DNA of 64,000 nucleotides from Candidatus Bathyarchaeota archaeon (lineage in GTDB: Archaea > Thermoproteota > Bathyarchaeia > TCS64): NCBI GenBank assembly GCA_018396695.1, contig JAGTQU010000003.1:12899-76898 (forward strand), given 5' to 3'. Shown here piece after piece: positions 36,580 through 47,307 of this stretch. The stretch's first letter is position 1, and the number at the start of each line of letters is the position of its first letter. The notes under the pieces were generated by a model. That model saw nothing but the letters and a program-made list of their open reading frames with translations, had not been told where the DNA came from and made no database searches. The translations under genes and the position numbers were made by a program.

Positions 36580-37245
36580 GTGTCGAATAAGAAAACTGGT
36601 AATCGATTCTCTAATGACTGGTCTGAAGATGAGTTAAATAAGATCTACAGCGAAATAGTCTCAGCGGTAACTATCCCGGTTGGCGTCAAGGTCGAGGGGA
36701 GCCAGAAGATCCTCGATTTCAGCCGGGTTGAGCAAATCCTAAAGAATGCCAATCTTATAGTTGTTCAAGACTGTGGATGTAGGGTTGAGCGTAACAACTG
36801 CTCATCTCCAAGAGATGTATGCATCAGTATAGATGAAGAGGCTGAGAAATCTCTTGAGATAGGTGTGAATAATCCCAGAAAAGTGAGTCTAGAAGAGGCA
36901 TTAGGGAAGATTAAAAAGGCTCATGAAGCTGGGCTTGTCTCGATGGCGTATCAACTTGAAGGGCGAGACAAAATTAGCCCAATATGTAATTGCTGCTCCT
37001 GTTGCTGCCATACTCTCTCTGGATTGGTACGTTTCGGGTTAGCAAAACATGTATTATCTTCGGATATGATTTCCAAAACAAATGAAAATCTGTGCATAAA
37101 CTGTGGAGTCTGCGCTGATAGGTGTCAATTCAATGCTAGAAGATTAGAGAAGGGGAAAATGGTTTATGACTCAGAGCAATGTTTTGGATGCGGGCTCTGT
37201 GTGAGCGCTTGCCCAGTGACCGCAATAGAATTGGTTAAGCGTTAA
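36580..37245 (+). CDS. 4Fe-4S dicluster (ferredoxin-domain) protein
   Basis: CGCR, ICNCCSCCC, CINCGVCADRC and CFGCGLCVSACP. Confidence 0.85.
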   Translation: MSNKKTGNRFSNDWSEDELNKIYSEIVSAVTIPVGVKVEGSQKILDFSRVEQILKNANLIVVQDCGCRVERNNCSSPRDVCISIDEEAEKSLEIGVNNPRKVSLEEALGKIKKAHEAGLVSMAYQLEGRDKISPICNCCSCCCHTLSGLVRFGLAKHVLSSDMISKTNENLCINCGVCADRCQFNARRLEKGKMVYDSEQCFGCGLCVSACPVTAIELVKR

Positions 37246-37268
37246 AAATGTTTATAAATGAGTTTATA

Positions 37269-37299
37269 TAGTAGACCTCAACTTAGTTGAGGTCTACTA
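37269..37299. promoter_or_regulatory. Perfect 15-1-15 inverted repeat, putative PadR operator
   Basis: TAGTAGACCTCAACT-T-AGTTGAGGTCTACTA, between the TATA-like TTTATATA (37263-37270) and the ATG at 37302. Confidence 0.8.
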
Positions 37300-37301
37300 C
37301 T

Positions 37302-37853
37302 ATGACTCTTGGACCCCTTAAGAGAGCTCGAATAAGCCTTTTTCAACTACTCATGTTGATACAGCTTAGTAGCGAACCTAAATATGGTTATGAAATCTTA
37401 AAAGAATTAAAGGAACATTTTGGGTCTACTTGGAACCCTAAGACTGGCACAATATATCCTGCGTTAAGAAGCTTAGAAGGGAGGGGTTTTATTAAAACCA
37501 GTCGTAAGGAAGACAAAGAATTCTATGTTTTAACAAATAAAGGCAAATCGGTAATGAATGGATTATTAAACAATATTGAAAAAGAAATCTCTTTTTCAAA
37601 TAAATATTTTGAATTTGTTAATCAGAAACTCTCAGTATCTATGAAAGAAAAAGTTATTGATATAATTAATAAAATGATTAAGGAAAACATTTTATTAATG
37701 GGAATAATGAACATTTTCTCAGATGATGAACTAGACAAAAAAATAAGACTTAATGCATTATATGGGTTAAAAAATATTCTTGAAGAAAGGTTGGATCATG
37801 TTAATAATATGATAGTGAAATTGGAAGGAGACAGCTATGAGCTACATTGTTGA
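37302..37853 (+). CDS. PadR-family transcriptional regulator
   Basis: PKYGYEI, GTIYPALRSLE..G and YVLTNKG. The ATG at 37302 is preferred because the track's TTG at 37287 lies inside the palindrome. Confidence 0.9.
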   Translation: MTLGPLKRARISLFQLLMLIQLSSEPKYGYEILKELKEHFGSTWNPKTGTIYPALRSLEGRGFIKTSRKEDKEFYVLTNKGKSVMNGLLNNIEKEISFSNKYFEFVNQKLSVSMKEKVIDIINKMIKENILLMGIMNIFSDDELDKKIRLNALYGLKNILEERLDHVNNMIVKLEGDSYELHC

Positions 37854-38529
37854 AACAGTTGACTTAGTGAAGGAGTATCAACAGGGGAAACAACCCTTTA
37901 GAGTACTCGATTCAATAAACCTGAAAATATCAAATGGAGAATTCGTATCCATAATGGGACCATCAGGGAGCGGAAAATCCACTCTGCTTCACATTATTGG
38001 TGCATTAGATAAACCGACCGATGGGAAAATCATCTTTAATGGAATTGACCTCTCTGGGCTTAACGACAACCAGCTTGCAGAGCTCAGAAATCGTGAACTA
38101 GGCTTCATTTTTCAATCGTTTAACCTAATCCACAGGATGAATGCTGTTGAAAATGTGGAGATGCCCTTGTCCATCTTTGGAGTTCCTCGCAAAGAAAGAA
38201 GGGGGAGAGCGATGAAACTTCTCGAAATGGTTGGTTTAAAAGACAGGATGAAACATAAGCCTTCAGAACTCAGTGGAGGAGAACAGCAGCGCGTAGCTAT
38301 CGCAAGGGCGCTCATCAATGATCCAAAGCTAATTTTATGTGATGAAGCTACTGGAAACCTTGATTCGAAAACGGGTCAAGAGATAATGGGTCTTCTCAGA
38401 AAACTCAACGAGGAGCAAGGTACGACTTTCATAGCTGTAACCCACGATCCGATAGTTGCACAGATGACGGATAGAATCATACGACTGAAGGATGGGAGAA
38501 TAGTTGGAGAAAAAAGGATGGCTGGTTAA
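37837..38529 (+). CDS. ABC transporter ATP-binding protein (LolD/MacB type)
   Basis: [34 protein letters not shown] and VTHD. Confidence 0.95.
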   Translation: MSYIVETVDLVKEYQQGKQPFRVLDSINLKISNGEFVSIMGPSGSGKSTLLHIIGALDKPTDGKIIFNGIDLSGLNDNQLAELRNRELGFIFQSFNLIHRMNAVENVEMPLSIFGVPRKERRGRAMKLLEMVGLKDRMKHKPSELSGGEQQRVAIARALINDPKLILCDEATGNLDSKTGQEIMGLLRKLNEEQGTTFIAVTHDPIVAQMTDRIIRLKDGRIVGEKRMAG

Positions 38530-40072
38530 AATGAGGATGAAAAAAGACTTGTTAGTTATCACTTTCTTATACTTAGTCTTAATGTTTAACCCAACATTTG
38601 TGACTTCCGCTAGCAGTACCCCTTATCTGAGAGTGATTACCAGAGATAATTACATCTCAGCAGGAGTCTCAAACTCTATTGAGATAGAGCTTCAGAATAC
38701 TGGTAGCTATTCTGTTTATGATGTTGAATCTATCCTCTCAGTTCCTTCTAACGTTGTAGGGATCGTAGTCATAAAAGATCAGCACATGATCTTTAACGAG
38801 ATCGAGGCGGGAGAAGCTGTAACCTATTATCCAAAAATATATGTGGATGAAAAGACTCCTTTAGGAGCCTATATCTTAAATTTGCAAGTAAAATATCTCG
38901 ATCTTCTAATTTCAGAAGTGAGAGTAGCAAGTATCCAAGTTGGAGTTGTAGTAGATAGAGTCGAAAAAGACTACACTAGGCTAAATATCGAAGTGAAGAC
39001 GACTAGTCTTAAAATAGGATGCGAAAATAATGTAACCCTCTCCTTTGAGAATATTGGGGAAAAGTCGATCTATAAAATCGATGCGATTTTATCCTCTCAA
39101 TCTCCTTATTTAGCAATCATAAAAGGGAATAGATTCATCTATGAAGAATTAGAGCCTTCCGATAACGTGTCACACCAAATCACTATTGCTGTTTCAAAGA
39201 ACGCACCTTTAGGCGCGTATACTATTACATCGTCAGTCTCCTTCGAGGATGAGAACGGGAGATCTAATGCATATACCTATACTTTAGGTTTAAACATCGA
39301 CTCTGTAAAAGTCTCTAGACAAACAACGGTTTTATTGAAAGAGTATTCAACTAATCCTATCTTTGCACAGCCTGGAAAACCAGTGGATGTTGAGTTGGAA
39401 TTGCAGTGCATTGGAGATCAGGCGCATGATGTTAGAGTCCAAGCTTCAACCGATTTATCACCTCAAATTTCACCCTTAACTCCACTATACTTCGCGCTAG
39501 GAGATATTTCCAAAAATCAGAGTGCTAATATTGCTTTCAGGGTTCTAGTCGATGGAAAAGCAAATTCTGGCTCTTATCCAATTAGGTTAACTATAACTTA
39601 CCTTGATTCTTACGGGATCCAAAAAACTTCAACAGAGACGATAACTATACGGGTTAGAAGTTTCGTTGAATTAAAGATAATAAACCTAGACGATTTAACG
39701 CTAGAGAAAGGAGTGGTTAAGACTGTCGAAGCTGACCTGCTTCTAATAGGTACTGAAAGTTTAAAGTTTGTGAATATTGAATGTTTAGATTCAGATATAA
39801 TAAAAACATATAAGAAAGAGGTTTATATAGGCGCACTTGACTTGGATAGTCCAACCCCCTTCAGTTTAGAGATCTCTACAAAGCCAAATGCCACGATCGG
39901 AGACTACAAGTTGAGGCTTATTGTAACCTATTTTGATTCTCAAAATCAAGAGCGTTCATCTTTGATTGAAATCCCCTTCAGAGTAGTTGAATCTACTCAG
40001 CCACCAAAGCCTCAACAAGAGGGTATTGAAGGGTTTTGGGTCTGGTTAAGAAGACTTCTAGGACTGATTTAG
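38504..40072 (+). CDS. COG1361 S-layer-domain (Ig-like repeat) protein
   Basis: Signal peptide followed by about four repeated beta-sandwich units (L.N.G...G.Y...L.V.Y.D); start probably at 38531. Confidence 0.8.
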   Translation: MEKKGWLVKMRMKKDLLVITFLYLVLMFNPTFVTSASSTPYLRVITRDNYISAGVSNSIEIELQNTGSYSVYDVESILSVPSNVVGIVVIKDQHMIFNEIEAGEAVTYYPKIYVDEKTPLGAYILNLQVKYLDLLISEVRVASIQVGVVVDRVEKDYTRLNIEVKTTSLKIGCENNVTLSFENIGEKSIYKIDAILSSQSPYLAIIKGNRFIYEELEPSDNVSHQITIAVSKNAPLGAYTITSSVSFEDENGRSNAYTYTLGLNIDSVKVSRQTTVLLKEYSTNPIFAQPGKPVDVELELQCIGDQAHDVRVQASTDLSPQISPLTPLYFALGDISKNQSANIAFRVLVDGKANSGSYPIRLTITYLDSYGIQKTSTETITIRVRSFVELKIINLDDLTLEKGVVKTVEADLLLIGTESLKFVNIECLDSDIIKTYKKEVYIGALDLDSPTPFSLEISTKPNATIGDYKLRLIVTYFDSQNQERSSLIEIPFRVVESTQPPKPQQEGIEGFWVWLRRLLGLI

Positions 40073-40084
40073 AAGGATTGAGCC

Positions 40085-41293
40085 ATGAGGCTAATCGATA
40101 TCATATTATTCACCATAGACGGAATAAAAGAGAGGAAAGTCAGGGTTGTCTTAAACATCATTGGGATCATGATAGGCGGTGCTGCTATCATATCCTTAGT
40201 CTCCGTGGCTGAAGGTATGAATCTTGAGATAAATAGACAGGTTGAGCTTTTAGGACCGAAAACAATAATCATCACGAATATTAATCTAGGTTTATCCCGG
40301 AGAGAGCCCATAACTCTAACATACAGGGAGCTCGATACTGTCAAAAATATTCCGCATGTTTCAGTGGCGACTCCGGTGATAAGTCGTGCTACAAGGATTA
40401 AGATTAATGGGCGTTCTGCACAGGTGCAAGTCACAGGGATTATTCCTGAAGAATATCTGAAAATAAACAAGAATTTGGAGATAAGTAAAGGTAGATTCCT
40501 TCAGAAAAGTGATGTAGTTTCAACGGTTTTAGGCTCGAACATTGCTAAGCCTCAGAGCGAGAAGGAGCTTATAGCTGATATTGGTGATAGGTTGATAGTC
40601 GAAGTCTTTAGTGGAACAGAAATTAAGTCATCTACACTTAGAGTGTCTGGTATACTCACTTCGATCGGTCAATCATTAGCGTTCTCGCCAGACGATTCGG
40701 TTTATATTAATCTGAGAACTGCTCAACAGATCTTCAATATGGGTAATCGAATATCTTCGATAATTGTGGAAGCGGATGACTTAAACACAATTGATATTGT
40801 TGTTAATAAAATACGTGAGAAACTAGGTGATGGAGTTACTATAATAACTTCAGGGTTTATACGAGATACCGTCGGAAGGGTCATCGGCATAGTGCAGGCT
40901 GTCCTTGGAAGCGTCTCTGCGATCTCTTTAGTGGTTGCAGGGGTAGGAATAGTCAACACTATGACCATATCTGTGATGGAGCGCACTAGAGAGATAGGAA
41001 TTTTAAAAGCTATAGGCGCTAAGAGCAGGGATATACTTATGGCTTTTCTATCAGAGTCCCTTCTAACTGGATTCTCGGGAGGAATAGTTGGGTCGATTGT
41101 CGGCGTCTTCATGGGACAGGTAATCTCTTCTCTTGCCCAAGTTACAATTGGAATATCTCTCACTCCCTCCACTTCTTTTCAAATGATAGCCATCGTTATC
41201 CTTTTTTCCATGGTTACAGGGATTTTAGCGGGACTATATCCTGCTTGGAGAGCTTCAAACCTGAATCCTGTAGAGGCGTTGAGATATGAGTGA
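40085..41293 (+). CDS. ABC transporter permease (MacB/FtsX type)
   Basis: IIGIMIG, GIVNTMTISVMERTREIGILKAIGA and YPAWRASNLNPVEALRYE. Confidence 0.95.
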   Translation: MRLIDIILFTIDGIKERKVRVVLNIIGIMIGGAAIISLVSVAEGMNLEINRQVELLGPKTIIITNINLGLSRREPITLTYRELDTVKNIPHVSVATPVISRATRIKINGRSAQVQVTGIIPEEYLKINKNLEISKGRFLQKSDVVSTVLGSNIAKPQSEKELIADIGDRLIVEVFSGTEIKSSTLRVSGILTSIGQSLAFSPDDSVYINLRTAQQIFNMGNRISSIIVEADDLNTIDIVVNKIREKLGDGVTIITSGFIRDTVGRVIGIVQAVLGSVSAISLVVAGVGIVNTMTISVMERTREIGILKAIGAKSRDILMAFLSESLLTGFSGGIVGSIVGVFMGQVISSLAQVTIGISLTPSTSFQMIAIVILFSMVTGILAGLYPAWRASNLNPVEALRYE

Positions 41294-41939
41294 AAATAAG
41301 GGCCTCCTAAGCAACTTTACTGGGATTATTAAATCTCCGAAAAGAACGTTTAATTTAATTGAGAGCAAAGATTTTAAGAAGGGCTTTCTAATCGTTTTAA
41401 TTAATGCAGGATTATCAGTTCTAGCTGAGTTTAACTACGGCATGAAAATGGATCTCCTCAAATTCCTTCCAACTGGGAACAATTTTACTTTGATCAACCC
41501 TGAAACCTTTAGAAGAAACTTGGTCACGATAATCTCTCTCTTCAACGGTTTAGGGGTTATTGTAGGCTGGTTCATTCTCTCCATAATCGCTTATTCGATC
41601 TCCAGAAGCAGCTCTATGCATGGAGGATTTAAACGGTTAGCAACGTTGATAGGGTTCACATACCTCCCCTTAATGTTTCAACAGATTATCAGAGTAGTAG
41701 ACTCGTATATTATTCCTGAAGAGTTTTTGAATGCTTACATTCAATCTCGAAACCAGTCTTATATTGGTAGCCTAGCAAATGTAGCTGTAAGAACTTTTTC
41801 AATATTTGGAATATGGACATTTATTCTAACAGTATTGGCTATCTCGAACAACTCTAATTTGTCTATAAAAAAATCTATCCTTATCACTATTGCCATTTAT
41901 TCCTTATATATAATCCTTAGAACGTTTTTACCTATTTAA
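41286..41939 (+). CDS. Yip1-domain membrane protein
   Basis: IIKSPKRTF N-terminus, GGFKRLATLIGFTYLP and about five TM helices. Confidence 0.7.
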   Translation: MSENKGLLSNFTGIIKSPKRTFNLIESKDFKKGFLIVLINAGLSVLAEFNYGMKMDLLKFLPTGNNFTLINPETFRRNLVTIISLFNGLGVIVGWFILSIIAYSISRSSSMHGGFKRLATLIGFTYLPLMFQQIIRVVDSYIIPEEFLNAYIQSRNQSYIGSLANVAVRTFSIFGIWTFILTVLAISNNSNLSIKKSILITIAIYSLYIILRTFLPI

Positions 41940-41952
41940 TGTTTAGACATTT

Positions 41953-42498
41953 TCATTTTTTTTGTAGCCTTATGAATGTGAAACCATCTATATTTTTGAA
42001 TATTAGGGCAGTAGGCCTCTCAGGAATGTATACTGCGAAACTGTTATGAAACCTAGATAGGAAATCGTATTGATTATTCTCGTATACGGAGAATAAAATT
42101 AGAGAATAGCTTGAATTATCTAAGAAAGAAAACTCGATGTCATATGATTCATAACCTAACTTGCTTGGCTGAGATAACCACGGTATGAAGATCCTTGAAA
42201 CTCCATTCTTCACTAAGACCTCTATTCCTTTAGGATCAATGAGGGTAAGATTATAAAAGTCGATAACAAGCCATAAATAGGTTTTCGATGCTCCACTGTT
42301 TCTAGTTTGAAGCGCGATCTTGAGGTTATCTTTTCTTGAATTTACTATTTCATTATACTTAATAGAAGTATAAACATGATAGAATACAATTGGTCTCGAC
42401 ATAAAACCATAGATAAAAGACCCTACAATAATTAAAGAAATGGATAGCATTAATGATGCTTCAAATTTACTTTGATCCATAAAATAGATCTTATTCAT
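41953..42498 (-). CDS. Hypothetical membrane-anchored protein
   Basis: N-terminal TM helix plus a beta-rich domain. Confidence 0.55.
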   Translation of the reverse strand: MNKIYFMDQSKFEASLMLSISLIIVGSFIYGFMSRPIVFYHVYTSIKYNEIVNSRKDNLKIALQTRNSGASKTYLWLVIDFYNLTLIDPKGIEVLVKNGVSRIFIPWLSQPSKLGYESYDIEFSFLDNSSYSLILFSVYENNQYDFLSRFHNSFAVYIPERPTALIFKNIDGFTFIRLQKK

Positions 42499-42953
42499 TG
42501 GAAATTTAAATCTAGGGACAGAAAAAGTTGTATTTACGTTAACGATAAGGCAGATTTCGTTTCTATAAAGAATTTTGATAGCATGCCTAATCTGGCTGAT
42601 TATGTTTTTAGATTCGTAATCCTTTGAAGTAGCGATTTCTCTTTTTCAACTAGTTTTAATATCGAGACCCTGTTTCTGGCGGATTTGGCACGATATAAGT
42701 CTGCAAATCCTTTTCAATTGTGGTCTAATTACAATATTTGAATACTTCTCGAAGAATACTTGGTTATTTAGGAGTTCACAAAATCTTTTTTTACATCAGA
42801 AGATCTTCCATTTTTGGCGGGCGATGATAAACAAGCCCTTCTGATCCATGATGAAGATCTTGAGTTTAGAGCCCGCCTGATGAAAAATAGTGATTGAATC
42901 ATTCAACATAATTAAATAATGTAGAGAGGATAATAATATTCTTGGGTGTTTTA

Positions 42954-43133
42954 ATGCCTCTTGTAGAGATAAAATGGTGGAAGGGAAGAGATAAAGCAAC
43001 GAAGGCTAAGACTATAGAACTCGTTACGAAAGCCATATGCGAAGCAATTGGTTGTAGTCCAGAAGCAGTAGAGGTAATAATACAGGATATCGACAAAGAA
43101 TCTTGGGGCAGAGCTGGCAAACCTTTCGCTTAA
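42954..43133 (+). CDS. 4-oxalocrotonate tautomerase family protein
   Basis: Starts M-P (catalytic Pro1); GR...K and VEVIIQDIDKESWGRAG; 59 aa. Confidence 0.9.
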   Translation: MPLVEIKWWKGRDKATKAKTIELVTKAICEAIGCSPEAVEVIIQDIDKESWGRAGKPFA

Positions 43134-43134
43134 A

Positions 43135-44742
43135 CTATTTTTTTCCACTTTTTTTAACAGCCTTACGTAATTCTTTAATGACTTTATCGCTACCTAGAGC
43201 TTCAACGTATGACCCAAATCGAGGACCCTGACTAGAGCCAAGCAGAATCTTATAGAGGATTTGAAATATATTTTTAGGAGACATATTCAGGTTTTTCGCT
43301 GTTTGAAATACAGCTGACTGGTACTCATCAGCAGTCTTTACTTTTTGCAGCATCTCTGAAATAGATTCTATAGCTTCTGCCTCTTTCTCAGACATTTTTA
43401 CTTCAATTTTCGTTATTCTGCCAAAATCATTCAACCAATTTAACGCGAACCGGATTCGTTCTTCGAGTCCTTCAGCCCCCTGTTTCAAATACCCATATTT
43501 CTCAAGCTTATTTCTAATAAAATCTGTCTCAGAGCCTTTAGGAGCTACCTTTGCTAATTGGACTAGAAGATTATAGGGAATATGGACACTGGGTTTGATC
43601 GGAGGTTTCAGCATCCAGCAATATTCATAAAGTCCAGAGAGTTTTATAGACTCTAATTCGTCTATTATCCCTGATTTACCGAAGTAGATCTCCTCTAAAT
43701 GGTCAAACTCATCCATATGGGTAGGTACATCATCAACTGAGCAGCTTCTCGTACCTACAAACCTTTTTAAGATCAATAGGTTTAATGATTGCGGCGTCCC
43801 GTATCGGAACCATACTTGAGGAGTGAATACATTACCAGCTGATTTGGAAATCTTCTTTCCGCCCTTGTCAAGAAACATCTCGTATTGAACGTGCATGGGA
43901 GGCTCAAAGCCGAGGATTTCTCTGCAGATCCTGTCATTAACCCTTACAGAATCGGCTATATCTTTCCCATAGGCTTCGAATCTGATATCTAAAGCCTTCC
44001 ACCTGGCGGCAAATTCAACTTTCCAGCTGAGTTTACCTTTGCCTGATAATACATCGACTTCTCCCTCATGACCGCAACCATTGAGCCATTTTTTCTTCAC
44101 TTCCATTCCTGTGCATCTATATAGAATTTTATGCTCGTCAGGAACATATTCGTAAGCATTAGTCGTATATATTCGACCACAATTCTCGCAGATGGGGAAA
44201 TACGGTAGAGTCTCTAAATATTTCTCTTGTCCAAGCTCCTCTTTGATTATCTTACCCGCTTTTTCAACATTCTCTAGAATCGTGAGGATTTCTCGATTTA
44301 GAAGACCTAATTCATAAACTTTTGCTGCTGATTGAAATTTGTATTCTACTCCGCATTTGTCTAATGCTTCTAGGAGTAACGAAGTCATGTGGCTCCCGAA
44401 GCTTTCATGGCAGTCTCCCGCAGGATCAGGTATATCGGATACGGGGTATCCAAGCCACCTCTCATACTCTTTCGGTAGTCCCGCAGGGACCTTCCTCAAA
44501 CCGTCTTTATCGTCTGAAAACGCTACGAGTTCAGAATCGTATCCTTGTAGCTTGACCCCTAAAGCTACTGCGTAATTTCTGATAGCGTCTCCTAGGCTGC
44601 CGATGTGAGGAAACCCTGAGGCTCCTAACCCACTTTCCGTCCTAATGGGGGTTAGAGTCCTACCCAGGCTTTTCTCTCTCTCAATGAGACTTTTAGCAGC
44701 CTTGTCATACCATGTTCCTTTACCTATAATTTCCTTCGGCAT
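43135..44742 (-). CDS. lysS: Lysine--tRNA ligase, class I
   Basis: SGFPHIGS, GLRKVP, GKLSWKVEFAARW, FEAYGKD, KISKSAGN and GPRFG. Confidence 0.96.
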   Translation of the reverse strand: MPKEIIGKGTWYDKAAKSLIEREKSLGRTLTPIRTESGLGASGFPHIGSLGDAIRNYAVALGVKLQGYDSELVAFSDDKDGLRKVPAGLPKEYERWLGYPVSDIPDPAGDCHESFGSHMTSLLLEALDKCGVEYKFQSAAKVYELGLLNREILTILENVEKAGKIIKEELGQEKYLETLPYFPICENCGRIYTTNAYEYVPDEHKILYRCTGMEVKKKWLNGCGHEGEVDVLSGKGKLSWKVEFAARWKALDIRFEAYGKDIADSVRVNDRICREILGFEPPMHVQYEMFLDKGGKKISKSAGNVFTPQVWFRYGTPQSLNLLILKRFVGTRSCSVDDVPTHMDEFDHLEEIYFGKSGIIDELESIKLSGLYEYCWMLKPPIKPSVHIPYNLLVQLAKVAPKGSETDFIRNKLEKYGYLKQGAEGLEERIRFALNWLNDFGRITKIEVKMSEKEAEAIESISEMLQKVKTADEYQSAVFQTAKNLNMSPKNIFQILYKILLGSSQGPRFGSYVEALGSDKVIKELRKAVKKSGKK

Positions 44743-44825
44743 TCGAGCGATCGAGGATTATTGATCAGAAGAGATTTATAAAAGAGATTCTTCCCTCGAT
44801 TTTACTCCATATTTTAAAGCCAAAA

Positions 44826-45746
44826 TCAGCTGAGGTTTTTAGTCTTTTTCCATTTAAAATATTCTATGAAACCTTGTAGGTTGAATAGGGACGCTGCCTC
44901 ACGACGATCAGAAGGCTCAATCCACCTTTTAGTCATAGGATCCTCTAGTTTTATCTTTGCGTATATATCTTCGATATTCTCTTCTTTTTCTAACCCTTCC
45001 TCCACTATGCGGCTCCATAGAATTACTTGTTTCTTATATAGTTTCAGCTTTTCAATTCCTCTATGAGAAAATCCGAAGTGGCTATAACATACAATTTTTG
45101 GGCTAAGTGAGATTAATCTGTCTAAACTTTCTACCGCTTTTTCAGGGTTGAACGGGGGAGGCGTTGTAGGCATAACAGTGCCAGAGAGAGGCGAGTAAAA
45201 GCCTGCCGCATCCCCCGCTATAAGGACCCCCTCTTTCGCGAGAAAATAACATTGATGATGAGAAGAGTGTCCTGGAGTCCATATAATCTCGACTTGACAA
45301 CATCCAGTCGAGAGTTTTTCATCATCTTTAGATTCTATGATTCTGTCTGCTGGAGCTCCCCTGATCTCACCGTAATCGTCTACTCTAGAGCCAAAAAATT
45401 GTCTTGCAGAAGCCTCTAAAATACTAGGATCCGCTAGATGTTTGGCTCCTCTTGGATGGACATGGACTTTAGCGTTTTGGAAAGTTTCGAGAATCTTCCA
45501 GACCCCTCCAGTATGATCTAAATGAATGTGAGTTGAACCAACGAGCAACTCGCTGTTTTTTTCAATGCCTAGCTGCTTCAATCCTTCTATAACTCCAGGG
45601 ATAGACTCTGTTGGTCCTGGATCAACGACGAAATTCGGAGCACCTATCACTACATATGTTCCTAGTATCCCTAACCTCCCATGATAAGGTGCGTCGATTA
45701 GGTAGACTCCTGCTTCGATCTCTGTAATTTTCATCACACATCTCAA
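44826..45746 (-). CDS. MBL-fold metallo-hydrolase
   Basis: THIHLDH, TPGHSSHH, GDAAG and YSHFG. Confidence 0.9.
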   Translation of the reverse strand: MRCVMKITEIEAGVYLIDAPYHGRLGILGTYVVIGAPNFVVDPGPTESIPGVIEGLKQLGIEKNSELLVGSTHIHLDHTGGVWKILETFQNAKVHVHPRGAKHLADPSILEASARQFFGSRVDDYGEIRGAPADRIIESKDDEKLSTGCCQVEIIWTPGHSSHHQCYFLAKEGVLIAGDAAGFYSPLSGTVMPTTPPPFNPEKAVESLDRLISLSPKIVCYSHFGFSHRGIEKLKLYKKQVILWSRIVEEGLEKEENIEDIYAKIKLEDPMTKRWIEPSDRREAASLFNLQGFIEYFKWKKTKNLS

Positions 45747-45830
45747 TTAGGGGATGATCAAAGGTTTTTAAGCCTAATGCAAGAAAACCCGAGCTAAAAA
45801 TAAAATTTCTCAATCAGTTTAAATTTACAG

Positions 45831-46790
45831 TCAGTCTTTGTTTAATATATTTCTTACAGTCTTTCTTACAGCCTCTTCACTATCGTATTTAGGAGACCAT
45901 CCTAAAGATTTTAGGCGGGAGCTATCTAAGAACATTATTTTCACATCTCCCGCCCATCCTCTGCCCTCCTCAAATTCTTCTCCGAGCCTTATAACAGCGT
46001 CAGGTAACCCCATCTCTTCTTTCACGATTTCAGCTATCTTCAGCACGTTAACTTGGTCATCCGATCCAACGTTGAAGATTTCCACCCTTTCGGTGCCTTT
46101 CTCCATACCAGTGATAAGACCTTCGATACAGTCATCTATGTAAAGGTAAGATTTAGTCTGGCTGCCGTTTCCTAAAACCTCTAACTCTTTACTATTTTTC
46201 TTCATTTTTTCAATGAAATCGAAAATAACCCCATGATTACACCTTGAGCCAACTATGTTTGCCAGCCTATAAACAACGGCTTTGAATCCATAAAGCGAAG
46301 CATATGATGAGATTAGTGCCTCCGATGCAAGCTTCGATGCCCCATATACCGAAATAGGCTTTAATGGAGCATAGTTCTCCGGAGTAGGTATAGTCTCTGG
46401 TTCGCCATATACTGTGGAAGACGATGCGAAAATAAAAGTGTTTAAAGTTCCTCTTTTCCGAATGACTTCAAGAAGGTTGAATGTTGCTTCAATATTTTGT
46501 TTAAAATGGTCTATAGGACTCGCAAGCCACCCTCTTACTTCTGGATTTGCAGCTAGGTGAAAGACTATCTGACAATCTTCGAGGGCTTTAGAAACCTGCT
46601 CTATATTAAGAAGATCCCCCTCGATTATCTTTAAACGAGGATTGCCTAAACTATTTTTCAGGTTATGATAGCTTCCTCTCGAAAAATTGTCGAAAACTAT
46701 GACTCTAAATCCATAGTCTAGTAGCCGATCCACAAGGTGGCTTCCTATGAAACCCGCTCCGCCTGTTACTAGGGCTCTCATATTTTCCAT
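45831..46790 (-). CDS. NAD-dependent sugar epimerase/dehydratase (GalE-like)
   Basis: TGGAGFIG, ASSSTVYG and YGASK. Confidence 0.9.
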   Translation of the reverse strand: MENMRALVTGGAGFIGSHLVDRLLDYGFRVIVFDNFSRGSYHNLKNSLGNPRLKIIEGDLLNIEQVSKALEDCQIVFHLAANPEVRGWLASPIDHFKQNIEATFNLLEVIRKRGTLNTFIFASSSTVYGEPETIPTPENYAPLKPISVYGASKLASEALISSYASLYGFKAVVYRLANIVGSRCNHGVIFDFIEKMKKNSKELEVLGNGSQTKSYLYIDDCIEGLITGMEKGTERVEIFNVGSDDQVNVLKIAEIVKEEMGLPDAVIRLGEEFEEGRGWAGDVKIMFLDSSRLKSLGWSPKYDSEEAVRKTVRNILNKD

Positions 46791-46806
46791 CCTTATTCGA
46801 AATTGT

Positions 46807-47238
46807 TTAATTATGTTTCAAGTATTTATAAGAAAGTATTGAAGATAAAACGATCAGCGTTCCCAGAGATATCAGCAGACTAGATAATAAACTTGTAAAA
46901 GATATCAAATTATAAGAATACTCTCTAAGAAAGAAGGATGATACCAGGAAGAATAAACCTCTAAACCCGTCTGAAATGCTTTTCCTTTTATTAATGTTTG
47001 TTAACAGCCTTATCCCACAAGAGGCTAGATTCCAGACACCCCCACCTATGAGAAGCCAGATTAAAGGCCAAATTAGGCTATTTGGGATTATTATGATTTT
47101 CCCAAACTCGAGACTCCTAAACCATGAGAATAGATCATTAAATACATTTGGAAAATTTATGATGATTAAAGACACTATGATGATGAAGACTCCAAAACCA
47201 AGAAGGTTTATAGGGTCTCTATTTTCATGTTTTGACAC
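46807..47238 (-). CDS. Hypothetical four-TM membrane protein
   Basis: Hydrophobic 143-aa ORF co-oriented between etfA and the epimerase gene. Confidence 0.6.
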   Translation of the reverse strand: MSKHENRDPINLLGFGVFIIIVSLIIINFPNVFNDLFSWFRSLEFGKIIIIPNSLIWPLIWLLIGGGVWNLASCGIRLLTNINKRKSISDGFRGLFFLVSSFFLREYSYNLISFTSLLSSLLISLGTLIVLSSILSYKYLKHN

Positions 47239-47307
47239 TAATCTCCCCTTATTCAGATATGCTTTACGCGCATAAATCTATCTATTCAATTGAAAAATTG
47301 TAAGAAT

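Noticed and set aside
42500..42940. Possible small ORFs or pseudogene in the gap before the tautomerase gene
   Set aside because: Only short frames with no recognisable motif; the 67-aa track ORF overlaps the tautomerase antisense.
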